Of a stretch of DNA of 64,000 bases, positions 1 through 10,805 are shown one piece after another (positions within the stretch are counted from its first letter, which is position 1; each line of letters opens with the position of its first letter). The position numbers and the translations under genes are program-made. The notes beneath the pieces were generated by a model. It saw only the letters and a program-made list of their open reading frames with translations. It made no database searches and was not told the DNA's origin. The stretch spans positions 160,001 to 224,000 of the IMG/VR virus record IMGVR_UViG_3300043093_000048; one strand, given 5' to 3'. The stretch comes from a virus. Its lineage: Duplodnaviria > Caudoviricetes.

Positions 1-3000
1 CTATTGAACTCATAAGACTAGACATATTTTGATACATCTTTACAGTATTTGAATTATTAATTACTGTAGCTAAAACATAGTTACTAATTTCATCTCTACT
101 ATTGGCAGAACCATCTACATCATCATCTGTTCTAGATAATACAATTGAATTAACCAATAATTCATCAGTACTTACAGCAATTGTCTTATTACCAGTTTCA
201 GATGTAATACTTCTATATACATTATAGAACATAACTGCTACTCTATCCATACTATCTACATTTGATAATATACTATAGCCTAATTGACCTAACATATTTA
301 CAGCTTCTTTATCTCTTCTATAAATAACAGGGCTTTCTGAATCAGGATCATTATTAGAATAGTCTGTAGAAATTAATTTTACATAGCTTTCACTATTTTC
401 ATCAACATTTTCACTTTCAGTAATTTTAATAATACTTTGAATTTCAAATGTAATATACTTATAACCATCTTTATCAAATGTTTTAGTAATTTTAATATTA
501 TCATTAGTGTTTCCAAAATTAGCTTGTGCTTCGTCATAATATAATTTATGACCAATTTCCACATAATAGGTATCATCTGTTGTAGAAAATACAAAATTAG
601 GAATAACTATTTTAACATAACCATTTAATAATAAATGATTAGTGTCTGCATCTTTATTAGTAACAGGATAGGAATCTTTAATAGTAATTGATAATTTACC
701 ATCTTTAAGACTATGTTCATTACTAAAATAAGAAATAACACCCATTGAATTTAAATAATCTTCATTACTAGACCAATCAAATTCTTTATCTTCATAGAAT
801 TGATAATTGTTTCCTGATGTACCGCTTGAATTAGAATTATCTAAAGCGACTGGTAAGAATAGAACTGAATCAACACTTCTATAACCCTTCCAAGGATCAT
901 TATCAGTAGTACTATAATATTCTGATTGATTTGTTAATTCACTACATTCACTAAATTCCATAGGAGAAGTATCTGAAATAATTTCAACAGGATCTTCAAT
1001 AGTCTGAATAAAACCAACTGGGAAAGGATAATACCAATCTGCTTTTTCATCTTTAGTTTGTGTAGCTGCTAAGTTTTGATCGTATAATAATATACCTATT
1101 TGGAAACAAATATCTTCTTCAATAGGAACTGATTTATATAATTGACTTCTATAATTATCGCTTGATGAAGAATTCTTATATAAGCAATTATACATATTAA
1201 GCATTCCACTATTAAATGTATAATCAGTAGCTAATTCTGCTTCATAAGTATAACTATAAGAAACTACACCAGATGTATTTGTTTCAACATCTTTTAATTT
1301 AAAGAAGAAATGACCAAATGTTTTAGAATCTTTTGCATCAGTCATAATACATTTAATAACTACTTTATTCTTTAAATCACTATAACTTAAATTAGTATTT
1401 AAATTAAATGATAATTTATATACATTAGAATCTAGTGTATATTTATTTGTAGCTGTAGGACTAATATCTTTAGATATTGAAAGAGTACTTATACTAAATG
1501 ATGCACCTACTTTACTATTTAAATATTTATAGTCTAATGAAACGCTATTGTTAATATCCATATTATAATAAGTAGCTTTTAAGAATGGTTCAGTTTCAAT
1601 AGAAATCATAAATGGAATAGTATATACTAATTCATCACTATCCACTTCAAAGAATTGCATTATATCATATATACTAGTTAAATTATCAAGAGCTATTTCA
1701 TAAGAAGCTTTCTTTTGATCAATAATATTTTGGAAATAATTATTGTCTAAAATATATTTGATATAATCTTGTGAATATCTTATATTATTAGTTTTATCAA
1801 AATAATTTTCAAAATTATCTACAACTAAGTCACTATCTGTTTTTAAAGCATTATAATTAGGAACATCTCTTACATAGTTACATTTAACTATAGAATGTTC
1901 TTTAATAGCTAATTTAGTTTTTTTAGTTTCACCATTAGATGTTGAAGTTGTATCTCCTACAGAAAGTAAATCGTCTGCTTTAATAATTAAATGAGGAGCT
2001 GTATTAGTAGGTAAAACACGTTCATTTTCATCTCTTAATAATAAGAAATTACAATAAATTCTTTTAATTACATCATCCTGCTTTTTTAAGAATTGAATTG
2101 TACTACCATTTATATTTAAAGATTCATTAACAGAATCAAAGAATTTTAATAAATCATTATCAGTAATAATATTATTTCTAGTAGTAAGTCTTTCTAGAAT
2201 TTTAGTTTTTTGTCCATAGGTATCTAATCTATCTTTACCGCCAGAAGCACCATCACTGATAGTTTCACAAGTGAAGTCTAAATAACTATATGTAGAGTTA
2301 TTAGTAAACTTCATAGTTACTCCACCTGAATAATCAAAATTAGCAGAAGCACCTAAAGTAGTATAAGTTCTAAAATAAATAGTAGAACCAGATGTTGGCA
2401 CAAATCCATTAATACTATCTGAAGAAAATGATATTTGAAGAGTATTATCGTTTAAATAAGTATAATAAGCATAATATTCTTCTTCAGTAGGAGTATAAAT
2501 ATTATTAAAATAAAGATTTAAATTAGTCATTACTCCATTAAATTCGTATCTAGCATCAAAGAATGCTAATTGATTATCAAATGTAAATGTATGATATAAA
2601 CTACTAGGATTACTTTCTGAAGTTGTAATAGTTACTTCATTAGTGGTCTTTTCAAATTGATATACTTGGAATCCAATATATACATAATCTACACTATCTA
2701 CATTTTCTTTCCAAACTTTTAAATAAGGTAAAGTACCTTCTTCTTCGGCAGGCGGAAAGCTTTCTGAAGTTGTATCATAATTTACAGTATAACTATATGA
2801 ATAATCATCATCAGATGAACCACTAATTTGTTGTATAGTTAATATAATTGGATAAGGTAAACTAAAATTATAATTACTTATAGTAAATAAAGTATTATCT
2901 CTAGTGAATGTTAGAGTATATACTTTTAAAGTATTTGAATCAGCATTAGTAACAGTATCTAATGATACTTCTTTTAGCATAGAGCTACTAGTTAAGCTAC

Positions 3001-3388
3001 TTTCGCTAATAGACATTTTAAGATACATTGTAGAAGGTGTAGCAGTATCAATTGGTACATTATAAATTTTTGCAAAATTATAAACACTTTCTGGTAATAT
3101 AGCTGTATTTAAAAAATGTTCATCGTATAAGAAATTTTTATGATATACAGCATTTTTAATTTCATTAGAAGCTAATTCATTAAAATAACCAAAAAATGAA
3201 GATTTTAAAGTACTGATATAAGGATTTCCTGAATTATCAATACCAAAATACTTTTGAATTAAATCAGACCAGTTATCAAATACATTATAAGATGTTGAAT
3301 TAATCTTAATTAAAGACTTTTCAACTGTATCTACAGATGGATCTGAATAATCTGTAGTAGGTATATTATTTGTAATATCAATAGCCAT
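1..3388 (-). CDS. Baseplate wedge protein, T4 gp6-like (>1129 aa, runs off the window; absent from ORF track)
   Basis: ATG at 3388 with GGAGG RBS at 3401-3405. Hand translation MAIDITNNIP...EHFLNTAILPESVYNFAK...TLGASANF...ASGGKDRLDTY resembles gp6/baseplate-J motifs. Same frame is open at position 2. Confidence 0.75.
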   Translation of the reverse strand, partial: MAIDITNNIPTTDYSDPSVDTVEKSLIKINSTSYNVFDNWSDLIQKYFGIDNSGNPYISTLKSSFFGYFNELASNEIKNAVYHKNFLYDEHFLNTAILPESVYNFAKIYNVPIDTATPSTMYLKMSISESSLTSSSMLKEVSLDTVTNADSNTLKVYTLTFTRDNTLFTISNYNFSLPYPIILTIQQISGSSDDDYSYSYTVNYDTTSESFPPAEEEGTLPYLKVWKENVDSVDYVYIGFQVYQFEKTTNEVTITTSESNPSSLYHTFTFDNQLAFFDARYEFNGVMTNLNLYFNNIYTPTEEEYYAYYTYLNDNTLQISFSSDSINGFVPTSGSTIYFRTYTTLGASANFDYSGGVTMKFTNNSTYSYLDFTCETISDGASGGKDRLDTYGQKTKILERLTTRNNIITDNDLLKFFDSVNESLNINGSTIQFLKKQDDVIKRIYCNFLLLRDENERVLPTNTAPHLIIKADDLLSVGDTTSTSNGETKKTKLAIKEHSIVKCNYVRDVPNYNALKTDSDLVVDNFENYFDKTNNIRYSQDYIKYILDNNYFQNIIDQKKASYEIALDNLTSIYDIMQFFEVDSDELVYTIPFMISIETEPFLKATYYNMDINNSVSLDYKYLNSKVGASFSISTLSISKDISPTATNKYTLDSNVYKLSFNLNTNLSYSDLKNKVVIKCIMTDAKDSKTFGHFFFKLKDVETNTSGVVSYSYTYEAELATDYTFNSGMLNMYNCLYKNSSSSDNYRSQLYKSVPIEEDICFQIGILLYDQNLAATQTKDEKADWYYPFPVGFIQTIEDPVEIISDTSPMEFSECSELTNQSEYYSTTDNDPWKGYRSVDSVLFLPVALDNSNSSGTSGNNYQFYEDKEFDWSSNEDYLNSMGVISYFSNEHSLKDGKLSITIKDSYPVTNKDADTNHLLLNGYVKIVIPNFVFSTTDDTYYVEIGHKLYYDEAQANFGNTNDNIKITKTFDKDGYKYITFEIQSIIKITESENVDENSESYVKLISTDYSNNDPDSESPVIYRRDKEAVNMLGQLGYSILSNVDSMDRVAVMFYNVYRSITSETGNKTIAVSTDELLVNSIVLSRTDDDVDGSANSRDEISNYVLATVINNSNTVKMYQNMSSLMSSI

Positions 3389-3408
3389 CTTCTATATTTC
3401 CCTCCTTA

Positions 3409-5079
3409 TTATAAGAATCCACCGAAATATTTTAAGAATGTTTCGGTTGCTGCTGATGCTTGCTCATAAACAGATTGCTTTGTTTGATTTATATATTCAT
3501 TTAATGTAGCAGGCATTGAAGTTCCAGTAGTCGCTGCAGTTTCTAATAATTTTTGAAAATTTGCTGTTCTTACTGCTGTTTTATATTCAGAACTATTAGA
3601 ATATTCTGATCTAGATAAAATCTTTTCAGATTTCTGTTCAACAGTAGTTTCATAAGTTTCTAACTCTTTTTTATATTCATCTTCAGTTAATTCTCCATTA
3701 TCATATAATTGCTTTAATGCTTCTTTTTTAGCATTAACTGTATCATCATCTATTTCTAAAGCTTTTTTAGTTTTTTCTACATAATCATTATAAACACTTG
3801 CGTTACTAGATGTTATAACACCCATTTTTAATTCAGACATAGTTTCAACTGCATTTGATAAAATATTTTGTCTTAGTTGATCCCAACTTGATGTTGAATA
3901 ATTTGAATTAGTTGCTGCTGTTTTAGAATCACCTGTTGATCCTGATTCATTTGCATTATTACTAAAACACATTACTAAAGTACGTTTAGTAGAATTTTCT
4001 GCACTATTAAATGCTGTTTTACTATTAGTAGTATCATAACTTCCTTCACTAGATGTTTTTATTTCTACATGGTCATAATTCTTTTCAAACATAAAATCTC
4101 TTCCATCATTACTAAATGTATAACTATTAGATGAAGAAGAATTAGATGAAGTGCTACTTGAAGAAATAACTGTTGTATCTTCATTAGGATCATATACATT
4201 AAAAGTAGAATAACCATAATTACTTTGTAAAGAGCTTAATGAAGCTGTTGCAGTATCTGAAGAACCATCACTAGATTCTTTTTTAGTATAATTAAATATA
4301 TTTGCAGTAGAATTAGATACTGCATTAAAATCATATATAATTTGAGGATTTAATTCTTCTTTATATTGATATGCAAATGTAATTGTTGTTTCAATAGCAT
4401 TTCTTGAAGTAATATCACTCAATACTAAACTTGATAAAGGAACATTAGTTGGATATATTCCAGTATATTTAGTAAAATATAAAACAGTTCTCATATCAAA
4501 GTCTAATAAAAAGAAATAAAGAGAAGATGTAAAATCTAATATACGATTATCTCTAGTTGTTTGTGTTGGTTCATGTAAACCATATCTAACTACTTCTATA
4601 TAAGTCATCCATGCATAAAATATTTTAGTAATATCTAAATTTTTAGTTTCTGCAAAGTTAACTGTTAAAGAACTTTCAGCAGTAAAATTATCGATAGTTG
4701 ATGCAGGTAATATTTGTTTCCAACCATAATAGTTTTCATAATCTTCAATAGTTTTCATACCAAAGTCTTTTAATGTAATACCTTTAAATCTATTAGTACA
4801 TAATTTAATAAAAGGAGATGTAGAGCCTCCTCCTGAATATTGTAGCTGTTTTAATATATATGAATCGGTACTATTTAAATAAGAAAATAATTGATTAGAG
4901 TCTAATAATGTTTCACAACAATCACCATTTTCATAAATATTCATAGAAGGTGTTGTTAAAAAAACTATTGGTAAACCACCCATAAATGGTTCAGTGTTTT
5001 CTCTTAGTCTATATGGATTAAAATTATTATATATATTAACTTCACCATATTTATTACTTACTATACTTGCAGCATTCAC
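3409..5079 (-). CDS. Tail tube-like / baseplate tube-initiator protein with Ser-rich linker and C-terminal coiled coil
   Basis: N-domain pattern (FAET..LDITKIFYAW...YTGIYPTNVP...TTITFAY) typical of tube-fold proteins; next to the wedge gene; late promoter upstream. Confidence 0.55.
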   Translation of the reverse strand: MNAASIVSNKYGEVNIYNNFNPYRLRENTEPFMGGLPIVFLTTPSMNIYENGDCCETLLDSNQLFSYLNSTDSYILKQLQYSGGGSTSPFIKLCTNRFKGITLKDFGMKTIEDYENYYGWKQILPASTIDNFTAESSLTVNFAETKNLDITKIFYAWMTYIEVVRYGLHEPTQTTRDNRILDFTSSLYFFLLDFDMRTVLYFTKYTGIYPTNVPLSSLVLSDITSRNAIETTITFAYQYKEELNPQIIYDFNAVSNSTANIFNYTKKESSDGSSDTATASLSSLQSNYGYSTFNVYDPNEDTTVISSSSTSSNSSSSNSYTFSNDGRDFMFEKNYDHVEIKTSSEGSYDTTNSKTAFNSAENSTKRTLVMCFSNNANESGSTGDSKTAATNSNYSTSSWDQLRQNILSNAVETMSELKMGVITSSNASVYNDYVEKTKKALEIDDDTVNAKKEALKQLYDNGELTEDEYKKELETYETTVEQKSEKILSRSEYSNSSEYKTAVRTANFQKLLETAATTGTSMPATLNEYINQTKQSVYEQASAATETFLKYFGGFL

Positions 5080-5108
5080 TTTAAATCACTTCCTTTATAT
5101 AAAATTTA

Positions 5109-5120
5109 TATTAGTTTGTT
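5109..5120 (-). promoter_or_regulatory. Late promoter AACA-N6-TA
   Basis: AACAAACTAATA 30 nt upstream of the 5079 start. Confidence 0.65.
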
Positions 5121-5144
5121 GTATATAGTAAAATTTAATAAATA

Positions 5145-5152
5145 TATATTAT
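5145..5152 (+). promoter_or_regulatory. Early promoter TATATTAT
   Basis: Motif recurs before non-structural units (15091, 18288, 25001, 27968, 34964-, 42328). Confidence 0.6.
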
Positions 5153-5158
5153 TTACAT

Positions 5159-5245
5159 GGAAAAGGAGTTAGACTGCATCCACGTATCTCTATAAAAAAC
5201 TTAATATTGTAGGCTAAACAACGGTCGTGTCTACATGCTCTTTCC
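5159..5245 (+). ncRNA. Candidate structured 5' leader RNA
   Basis: GGAAA..GAGT/GCTC..TTTCC and TAGAC/GTCTA arms; GC-richer than flanks; also complementary to 5475-5507. Confidence 0.4.
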
Positions 5246-5273
5246 TAATATTAAATTTTAGGAGGAGATTATT

Positions 5274-5459
5274 ATGGTTTTTAAAAATAATAATAAAAAC
5301 TTTAAATCTACAAATAATAATAACAAGGTTATTGAAGATAAATTTCCATTCCCAGAATGGTGTAATTTATTTCCGAGCAAAAACAATTTTAACAAACATC
5401 AAAGTAAAAATATCGGAGATGCAATAGCTTGTTTAATATCATTAATTTTGGACCATTAA
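5274..5459 (+). CDS. Small early protein (61 aa), N/K-rich N-terminus, hydrophobic C-terminus
   Basis: Strong AGGAGG RBS, own promoter and terminator. Confidence 0.65.
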   Translation: MVFKNNNKNFKSTNNNNKVIEDKFPFPEWCNLFPSKNNFNKHQSKNIGDAIACLISLILDH

Positions 5460-5506
5460 AAAATTAGTGATAAAAGCCTAATTATCTTTTCTAAAGAGTT
5501 ACGTGG

Positions 5507-5543
5507 AGGGCAATATTTACTTTTGAATATTGCCCTTTTTTTT
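5507..5543 (+). terminator. Intrinsic terminator
   Basis: AGGGCAATATTTA/TGAATATTGCCCT followed by a T run. Confidence 0.85.
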
Positions 5544-5555
5544 AACAACTTTTTA
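5544..5555 (+). promoter_or_regulatory. Late promoter AACA-N6-TA
   Basis: AACAACTTTTTA before 5584. Confidence 0.65.
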
Positions 5556-5583
5556 TATTTTTATTAGAAAGGAATGATAATTT

Positions 5584-6930
5584 ATGGCAAGTTTTAACGA
5601 CTTTATTCAAAGAGCTGCAGGACGTGCAAATAGAAGAGTAAGTGCTGGTAAGACTATTGATATTTATAATGGAAATTCTATTAAAAAAATGACCAAAGAT
5701 ATGATATTACAATTTCCTATTTTAGTATCACAGAATATTTCTCAAGATACAGTTGCAACTTTAGCTGCAGGATTTGAAGTTGAAAATACAATCATGTTAA
5801 GATTATTGTTACAGAATGATTTTGGTACTCTAACAAATGGTTCTGGCGATTTAATTTCATCTTTAAGAAAAATTCATACAAATATAGAAGGAAATCCAAC
5901 ATTTTTGGAAAGTTTAAAAGAGTCTAATAAATCTCTTTCAATTCCACTTGAGGAAAAGTTTTGTATGTGGTCTTTAAACGAAAGTACTTTACCTAAATAC
6001 TTAAATGAAGATAGTCATTCAGAAGTAGATAACGATGCTAGAAATAATAGAAATATTGATTTAGGTCCTTTAAGTGTTAAAGATAATTTACATAGACAAA
6101 ATAAAACAACTACTGATGTGAAATTTATAGATAATGCTCCATTTAATCCAGATATGTTTAAAAAGGTAAATGATTTACAACCAACTTTCGTTAAAATAAA
6201 GATTTCAGTTTCAAATTCAACAACGACCGAAAGAGAAGGTGGTTTTGGAGTTAAACTTGGTAAATTTGGTATGAGTAAAGAAGGTAGTCCTTTAAGTGTT
6301 GGTAGCGATTTAAATGTAGGATATGGTAATACGAAAAATATATCAAGAACTTCTTTAGATGAAAAAGAAATTATTTTTGGTGTAAAGTGTATGGCACATC
6401 CATTAAAATCTGAAGATATTATATTTAATATTGGTAATGAATTTAAAAATTCTACTTTATTTAAGTTTGTTAAATGGACCACTGGTGAGTATGGATTCTT
6501 TAAGGGACTTGGAGAAATAGTATTTGACTTTACTAATATGAAAAATACTGGTATTCAAGCTGCTAAAACTTCTAACTATTGGTGGTATAAACTTAGAAAA
6601 ATGAAGAATGAAAATAAACAAATTTTCCATTCTTCAACAAGTAATAAAAATGCTCCTATTAAGACATCTACATTAGTTATAACTAAAGATGAAGTTGATT
6701 ATATTGCGACAACTTATAGAATTGATTTATCAATGCCTAAATTTGCACAAAAATTAATGAATTCTCTTTATTTATTAAATTTTGCATATATTGATGAATC
6801 TACAGAAACAGTTTATCTTTATGATGAACCATCTGCTAGTTATACTGTTAAAAAGTTTAATGATTTTAAGAAACAAAAGAAAGCAACACCAATTAATATT
6901 GATGATATTAAATCATTATTCGGTAGATAA
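5584..6930 (+). CDS. Probable virion structural protein
   Basis: 448-aa ORF, RBS, late promoter. Confidence 0.55.
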   Translation: MASFNDFIQRAAGRANRRVSAGKTIDIYNGNSIKKMTKDMILQFPILVSQNISQDTVATLAAGFEVENTIMLRLLLQNDFGTLTNGSGDLISSLRKIHTNIEGNPTFLESLKESNKSLSIPLEEKFCMWSLNESTLPKYLNEDSHSEVDNDARNNRNIDLGPLSVKDNLHRQNKTTTDVKFIDNAPFNPDMFKKVNDLQPTFVKIKISVSNSTTTEREGGFGVKLGKFGMSKEGSPLSVGSDLNVGYGNTKNISRTSLDEKEIIFGVKCMAHPLKSEDIIFNIGNEFKNSTLFKFVKWTTGEYGFFKGLGEIVFDFTNMKNTGIQAAKTSNYWWYKLRKMKNENKQIFHSSTSNKNAPIKTSTLVITKDEVDYIATTYRIDLSMPKFAQKLMNSLYLLNFAYIDESTETVYLYDEPSASYTVKKFNDFKKQKKATPINIDDIKSLFGR

Positions 6931-6951
6931 TAAAAGAAAGGAGAGTTTAAA

Positions 6952-8127
6952 ATGGCATATATTAATAATATAAATCCAGATAGATTTTGTATTGATTATA
7001 TTTTAACTGAAAATTTTTATGATAAAGATTCTGTATTAATTTCTTCTAATTTTTTAGCAAGTCTTAATGAAGAACAAAAAATGAATTTAGCAGATATGAT
7101 GGGAACAAGTGCAGTTAAAAATTCTGAAAAGAAAATTGAAAAGCTTACTAGAAAAGGTGCTTTTTTTGATTTACCTAAAACCAAAGGTGATTTTAAAAAA
7201 TCTAAAGCTTATCCTATTACAAAACAATGTATTTCTATGCTTAAACCTATAATGGATAAAGCAAAGGGTAAAAATACAGTAGAAGCTGTTACTGCTTTTC
7301 AAGCTTGTGATGCAGCAGTTTCTAATCTCGAAAAAAATATAAAGTATTTTGAAAGAGCTTTTAGTACAAATGACTCTGCTAATATTTTATGTTATTTAAC
7401 TATTGCAGCAGCAGTTGTTGAATTTACATCAATTATTTTAATTAATTCTACTTCAATTACTGAAGAAAATATTTTAATTTATAGAGATCCTCCTAAGAAT
7501 AGCTTAATGAAAAATATTCTTTACAAGAATATTAATAAATTTAATGATATTTGTAGAAATAATAAATTAAAATTAAATGAAGAATTAGAAGCTAAAGTTG
7601 AAGAGTATAATATGATTCATCACGAAGCAATCGGAGAAATTGCTACAATTGCTGGTGGTGTTGGTACAAAATTAGCAGGTATGGGTGCTGCTGTTAGTGC
7701 TGGATTAGCTGCTCATCCTGTATTAGCTGCAGGTGTTGGTGTTGGTTTAATTGCTAGTAGTATATTAGCTCTTGTTTATTTAACTAGAACTCTTATTTGC
7801 TATTTCTATTTTAAGAAAATTCAACTTTCTGAAAGCTTAAAATATGTTAGTGGTATGGTTGAAGCTAATGGTTTAGCTGTTAGTAATGGCAGTCCTAAAG
7901 ATAAGAAAGTTGGAACTAAACAATCTAATTTAGCTGTAAAATTAAAGAAGCTTGGTGAAGCCCTCGATAATGATAATAAACAAGCTCAACATAATACTGT
8001 TGCAACATTAAAGAAAGAAGATGCACAAACATCTAGAACTATTGAAGATAAACTTAGTCCTGATAATAGACAGGAAGTTACACCTAGATCTGATATTGAT
8101 AACCTTGGCGATAGTTTATTTATATAA
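6952..8127 (+). CDS. Probable virion (head/ejection) protein with Gly/Ala-rich hydrophobic helices
   Basis: 391 aa; hydrophobic segment AIGEIATIAGG...ILALVYL; same operon as 5584. Confidence 0.55.
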   Translation: MAYINNINPDRFCIDYILTENFYDKDSVLISSNFLASLNEEQKMNLADMMGTSAVKNSEKKIEKLTRKGAFFDLPKTKGDFKKSKAYPITKQCISMLKPIMDKAKGKNTVEAVTAFQACDAAVSNLEKNIKYFERAFSTNDSANILCYLTIAAAVVEFTSIILINSTSITEENILIYRDPPKNSLMKNILYKNINKFNDICRNNKLKLNEELEAKVEEYNMIHHEAIGEIATIAGGVGTKLAGMGAAVSAGLAAHPVLAAGVGVGLIASSILALVYLTRTLICYFYFKKIQLSESLKYVSGMVEANGLAVSNGSPKDKKVGTKQSNLAVKLKKLGEALDNDNKQAQHNTVATLKKEDAQTSRTIEDKLSPDNRQEVTPRSDIDNLGDSLFI

Positions 8128-8132
8128 ATTAA

Positions 8133-8163
8133 AAACCCTTAAGGATTTATTCCTTAAGGGTTT
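8133..8163. terminator. Bidirectional terminator
   Basis: AAACCCTTAAGGA/TCCTTAAGGGTTT between convergent genes. Confidence 0.85.
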
Positions 8164-8166
8164 ATT

Positions 8167-8622
8167 TTATCTAAAATTTACTATAGGATATTGATAATAA
8201 TAATATTTATTATAATCAACATCTGTAATATTTAATTCTTCTAAAATGGTATTAATTAATAATAAATTAACTGGTTTACTACCAAATATCATTCTTTTTA
8301 AATAAAAGTCATCTTCATCATTATTACAATTGAAAAAATTATTAAGAAATTGATTTAACTTATTTTCCGATAGAATAAAATTATCTTTTAGATTAAATTT
8401 TTCATATCTTTTATAAATATCATAAATCATAATAATAGATCTAGATAAATCTTTTTTAGTTGGAATTGATTTATTAGCATCTGTATAATAAAATCTATCT
8501 TCATCTAAATTATATTCTAAAGAAATTTCATATGAAATTTCTTTCATTTTAGCTTTTCTAAATAACTTTTTAGGTTGTTCTTCTAATTCAGTAATTTTGA
8601 ATTTTAAAATTGGAATATTCAT
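8167..8622 (-). CDS. Hypothetical protein
   Basis: 151-aa ORF with GGAGG RBS. Confidence 0.7.
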   Translation of the reverse strand: MNIPILKFKITELEEQPKKLFRKAKMKEISYEISLEYNLDEDRFYYTDANKSIPTKKDLSRSIIMIYDIYKRYEKFNLKDNFILSENKLNQFLNNFFNCNNDEDDFYLKRMIFGSKPVNLLLINTILEELNITDVDYNKYYYYQYPIVNFR

Positions 8623-8680
8623 CTATTTTTCCTCCTTTATTTATAATAATTATTTATTATTTTTAAAATTTATATTTTTT

Positions 8681-8692
8681 AACATTAGGTTA
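8681..8692 (+). promoter_or_regulatory. Late promoter AACA-N6-TA
   Basis: AACATTAGGTTA before 8713. Confidence 0.65.
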
Positions 8693-8712
8693 TATTTTTT
8701 ATTTAGAAAGGA

Positions 8713-9267
8713 ATGATAACTATGTTGGCAAATGAAGTTATGCAAGTAATTAATAATGCTGATAAAATTGGTAATAATGTATTTAATTTCTTTGTAAAAT
8801 TTAAACCATATGAACTATTATTAGTTGAAAAGAAAAAGCCTTTAACTGCTGATGGAAATTCACTTTTAGACAGAGATACTTTAATTGAATATATAAATGA
8901 TCCAACAAAACCTCAATATAATAAGAAAAATTTAGTTCCAATATATGATGATATTAAAGCTAGAATGGATTGGAAAGAAGTTTCTGCTATTTGGCAAACA
9001 ACTCAAACAATGATTGATTGTGAAAGATATGATCTTACTAATGCCAAATTAGAATCAGAAAACTGTGTTTCTTTTGTTGATAGAACAAATGGTGAAAGAT
9101 TATATATGGCTTCTGATCAGGTTCTTAATATTATGACATATGAATATAAAGAAAAATGTAAAATGGTTAATCCTGAAACTGGAGAAGTTGAAGAAGTATT
9201 AATTAATCAAGGTAATGATTCTCGTGGAACTGAAAAACATAGAACAGCTCTTTGGTATAGAGATTAA
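8713..9267 (+). CDS. Hypothetical protein (late)
   Basis: 184-aa ORF; true start possibly the ATG at 8722. Confidence 0.7.
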   Translation: MITMLANEVMQVINNADKIGNNVFNFFVKFKPYELLLVEKKKPLTADGNSLLDRDTLIEYINDPTKPQYNKKNLVPIYDDIKARMDWKEVSAIWQTTQTMIDCERYDLTNAKLESENCVSFVDRTNGERLYMASDQVLNIMTYEYKEKCKMVNPETGEVEEVLINQGNDSRGTEKHRTALWYRD

Positions 9268-9273
9268 TAAATT

Positions 9274-9298
9274 CCCTAATGACTATAAGTCATTAGGG
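9274..9298. terminator. Bidirectional terminator
   Basis: CCCTAATGACT/AGTCATTAGGG. Confidence 0.8.
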
Positions 9299-9304
9299 TT
9301 ATTT

Positions 9305-10678
9305 TTATATTTGAATTAATTCAATAGCAGATGTTGTATTAAAAGCAGAGGTTTGATTGTTACTATCACTAACTCTGCTAAATCTAAAATAATATCCATT
9401 CATACTATATCTACCATTTAAACTTTCATAATTTTCTGATTCAAATTCAATAACAAATGGTTTAAACCAAGAACTAGGATCTAGTATAGCTTCATTTAAT
9501 AATAATTCTATTTGTCTTGTATAAGCTGATTGTAGCAAATATTCTTTTTCTTTATTAGTATTATTATATTTATTAATATAAGATTTAACTTTCTCAATAC
9601 TATTTTCATCAGTATCAGTATAATCATATTCTCTTACTTGTTCATAATATGCATTATCATCTCTTGAATAAGTATTTACAATAGTACCTAAAGCTTCTTT
9701 AATATATTGTCTTCTATCTAATATCTTAATTTTATCTGGAGTAATTGTTATATAATTATCATCTCCAATTTTAGCTAATCCACCGCCAGTATAAGTAGTA
9801 AAATCAATACCTTCTTCTAAATTACTAGAAAATGATACATTAACTTTATTAATACCAGTTTCAATATAATAATTCTTAGGCATTACAATACTTTGATCAA
9901 AACCATAAAACATCTTTAAACCTCTGTCATATACACCATAATATTGGTCAAGATATTCTATAGCATAAAAAATATTTGATGGAGGAAAAATAATTTGTTT
10001 ATATTCTCTTACATTATCTGGACTAACTATATAAGTTTTATTATTAAGTTTTTCAGTAATTAATGCTAGCATTTGCATTATATTACAATTTCCATAAACA
10101 CCTGAAAATAAAATTTTATTAGCATTTAAACATTCTACTGGAATCATCTTTAATTCTATTGGAGCAAATTTAGTATATTGTTCATTTTGTTCATATAATA
10201 ATTCATCTGCATTAATAGGTGAACTTTCCTGTTTAACTTTTTTCATATTAAATGACCATAATGTATCATACATATTTGCAGTATCTACTTCTGTAGTTGC
10301 ATTATACATTAATTCAAATTTAATTTCTAATTCATCATCAAATTGTATTCTAGGAATATAAGTAATTGGTACATCTAATCTAAGAGATATTAAAGGAAAT
10401 ACATAATGATCTAAATTTACTTCAACTTGTACTATAGTTGTATAATTTAATAAATCATATACTTCTCCATTTGAAAATATTAAAGATAAATTAGGTACAT
10501 AACTATATCTTTTTGGATAAGAAGACTTTGAAGAAGAAACATCTTCAGTAGCATTTGTATTATAAACTTCTTGATCGGTTGCTACATAATTCATAGAAGC
10601 TTTAATATTATCTAATCTATCACTAGTAGTTTTTTCTTTTTCTAATGTTTTTAATATTTTTTCAGTTTCTACACCCAT
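9305..10678 (-). CDS. Probable baseplate hub/tail structural protein
   Basis: 457 aa, beta-rich, beside gp25-like gene; hub-like motifs (QIIFPPSNIFYAIEYLDQYYGVY; LNGRYSMNGY). Confidence 0.45.
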   Translation of the reverse strand: MGVETEKILKTLEKEKTTSDRLDNIKASMNYVATDQEVYNTNATEDVSSSKSSYPKRYSYVPNLSLIFSNGEVYDLLNYTTIVQVEVNLDHYVFPLISLRLDVPITYIPRIQFDDELEIKFELMYNATTEVDTANMYDTLWSFNMKKVKQESSPINADELLYEQNEQYTKFAPIELKMIPVECLNANKILFSGVYGNCNIMQMLALITEKLNNKTYIVSPDNVREYKQIIFPPSNIFYAIEYLDQYYGVYDRGLKMFYGFDQSIVMPKNYYIETGINKVNVSFSSNLEEGIDFTTYTGGGLAKIGDDNYITITPDKIKILDRRQYIKEALGTIVNTYSRDDNAYYEQVREYDYTDTDENSIEKVKSYINKYNNTNKEKEYLLQSAYTRQIELLLNEAILDPSSWFKPFVIEFESENYESLNGRYSMNGYYFRFSRVSDSNNQTSAFNTTSAIELIQI

Positions 10679-10805
10679 TTATAAATCAACTCCTTTTTTA
10701 TAATAATTTTTTATTATTTTATTTTTTTAATATAAAAAATTAAAATTAACAAAAAATTTATAAATTATATAATATTAATATTAATAAGTTAAAAGAGGTG
10801 ATAAT

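Noticed and set aside
5159-5507. Retron msr-msd or purine riboswitch
   Set aside because: No reverse transcriptase in the window and no match to riboswitch cores I can recognise; kept only as a generic fold-back RNA.
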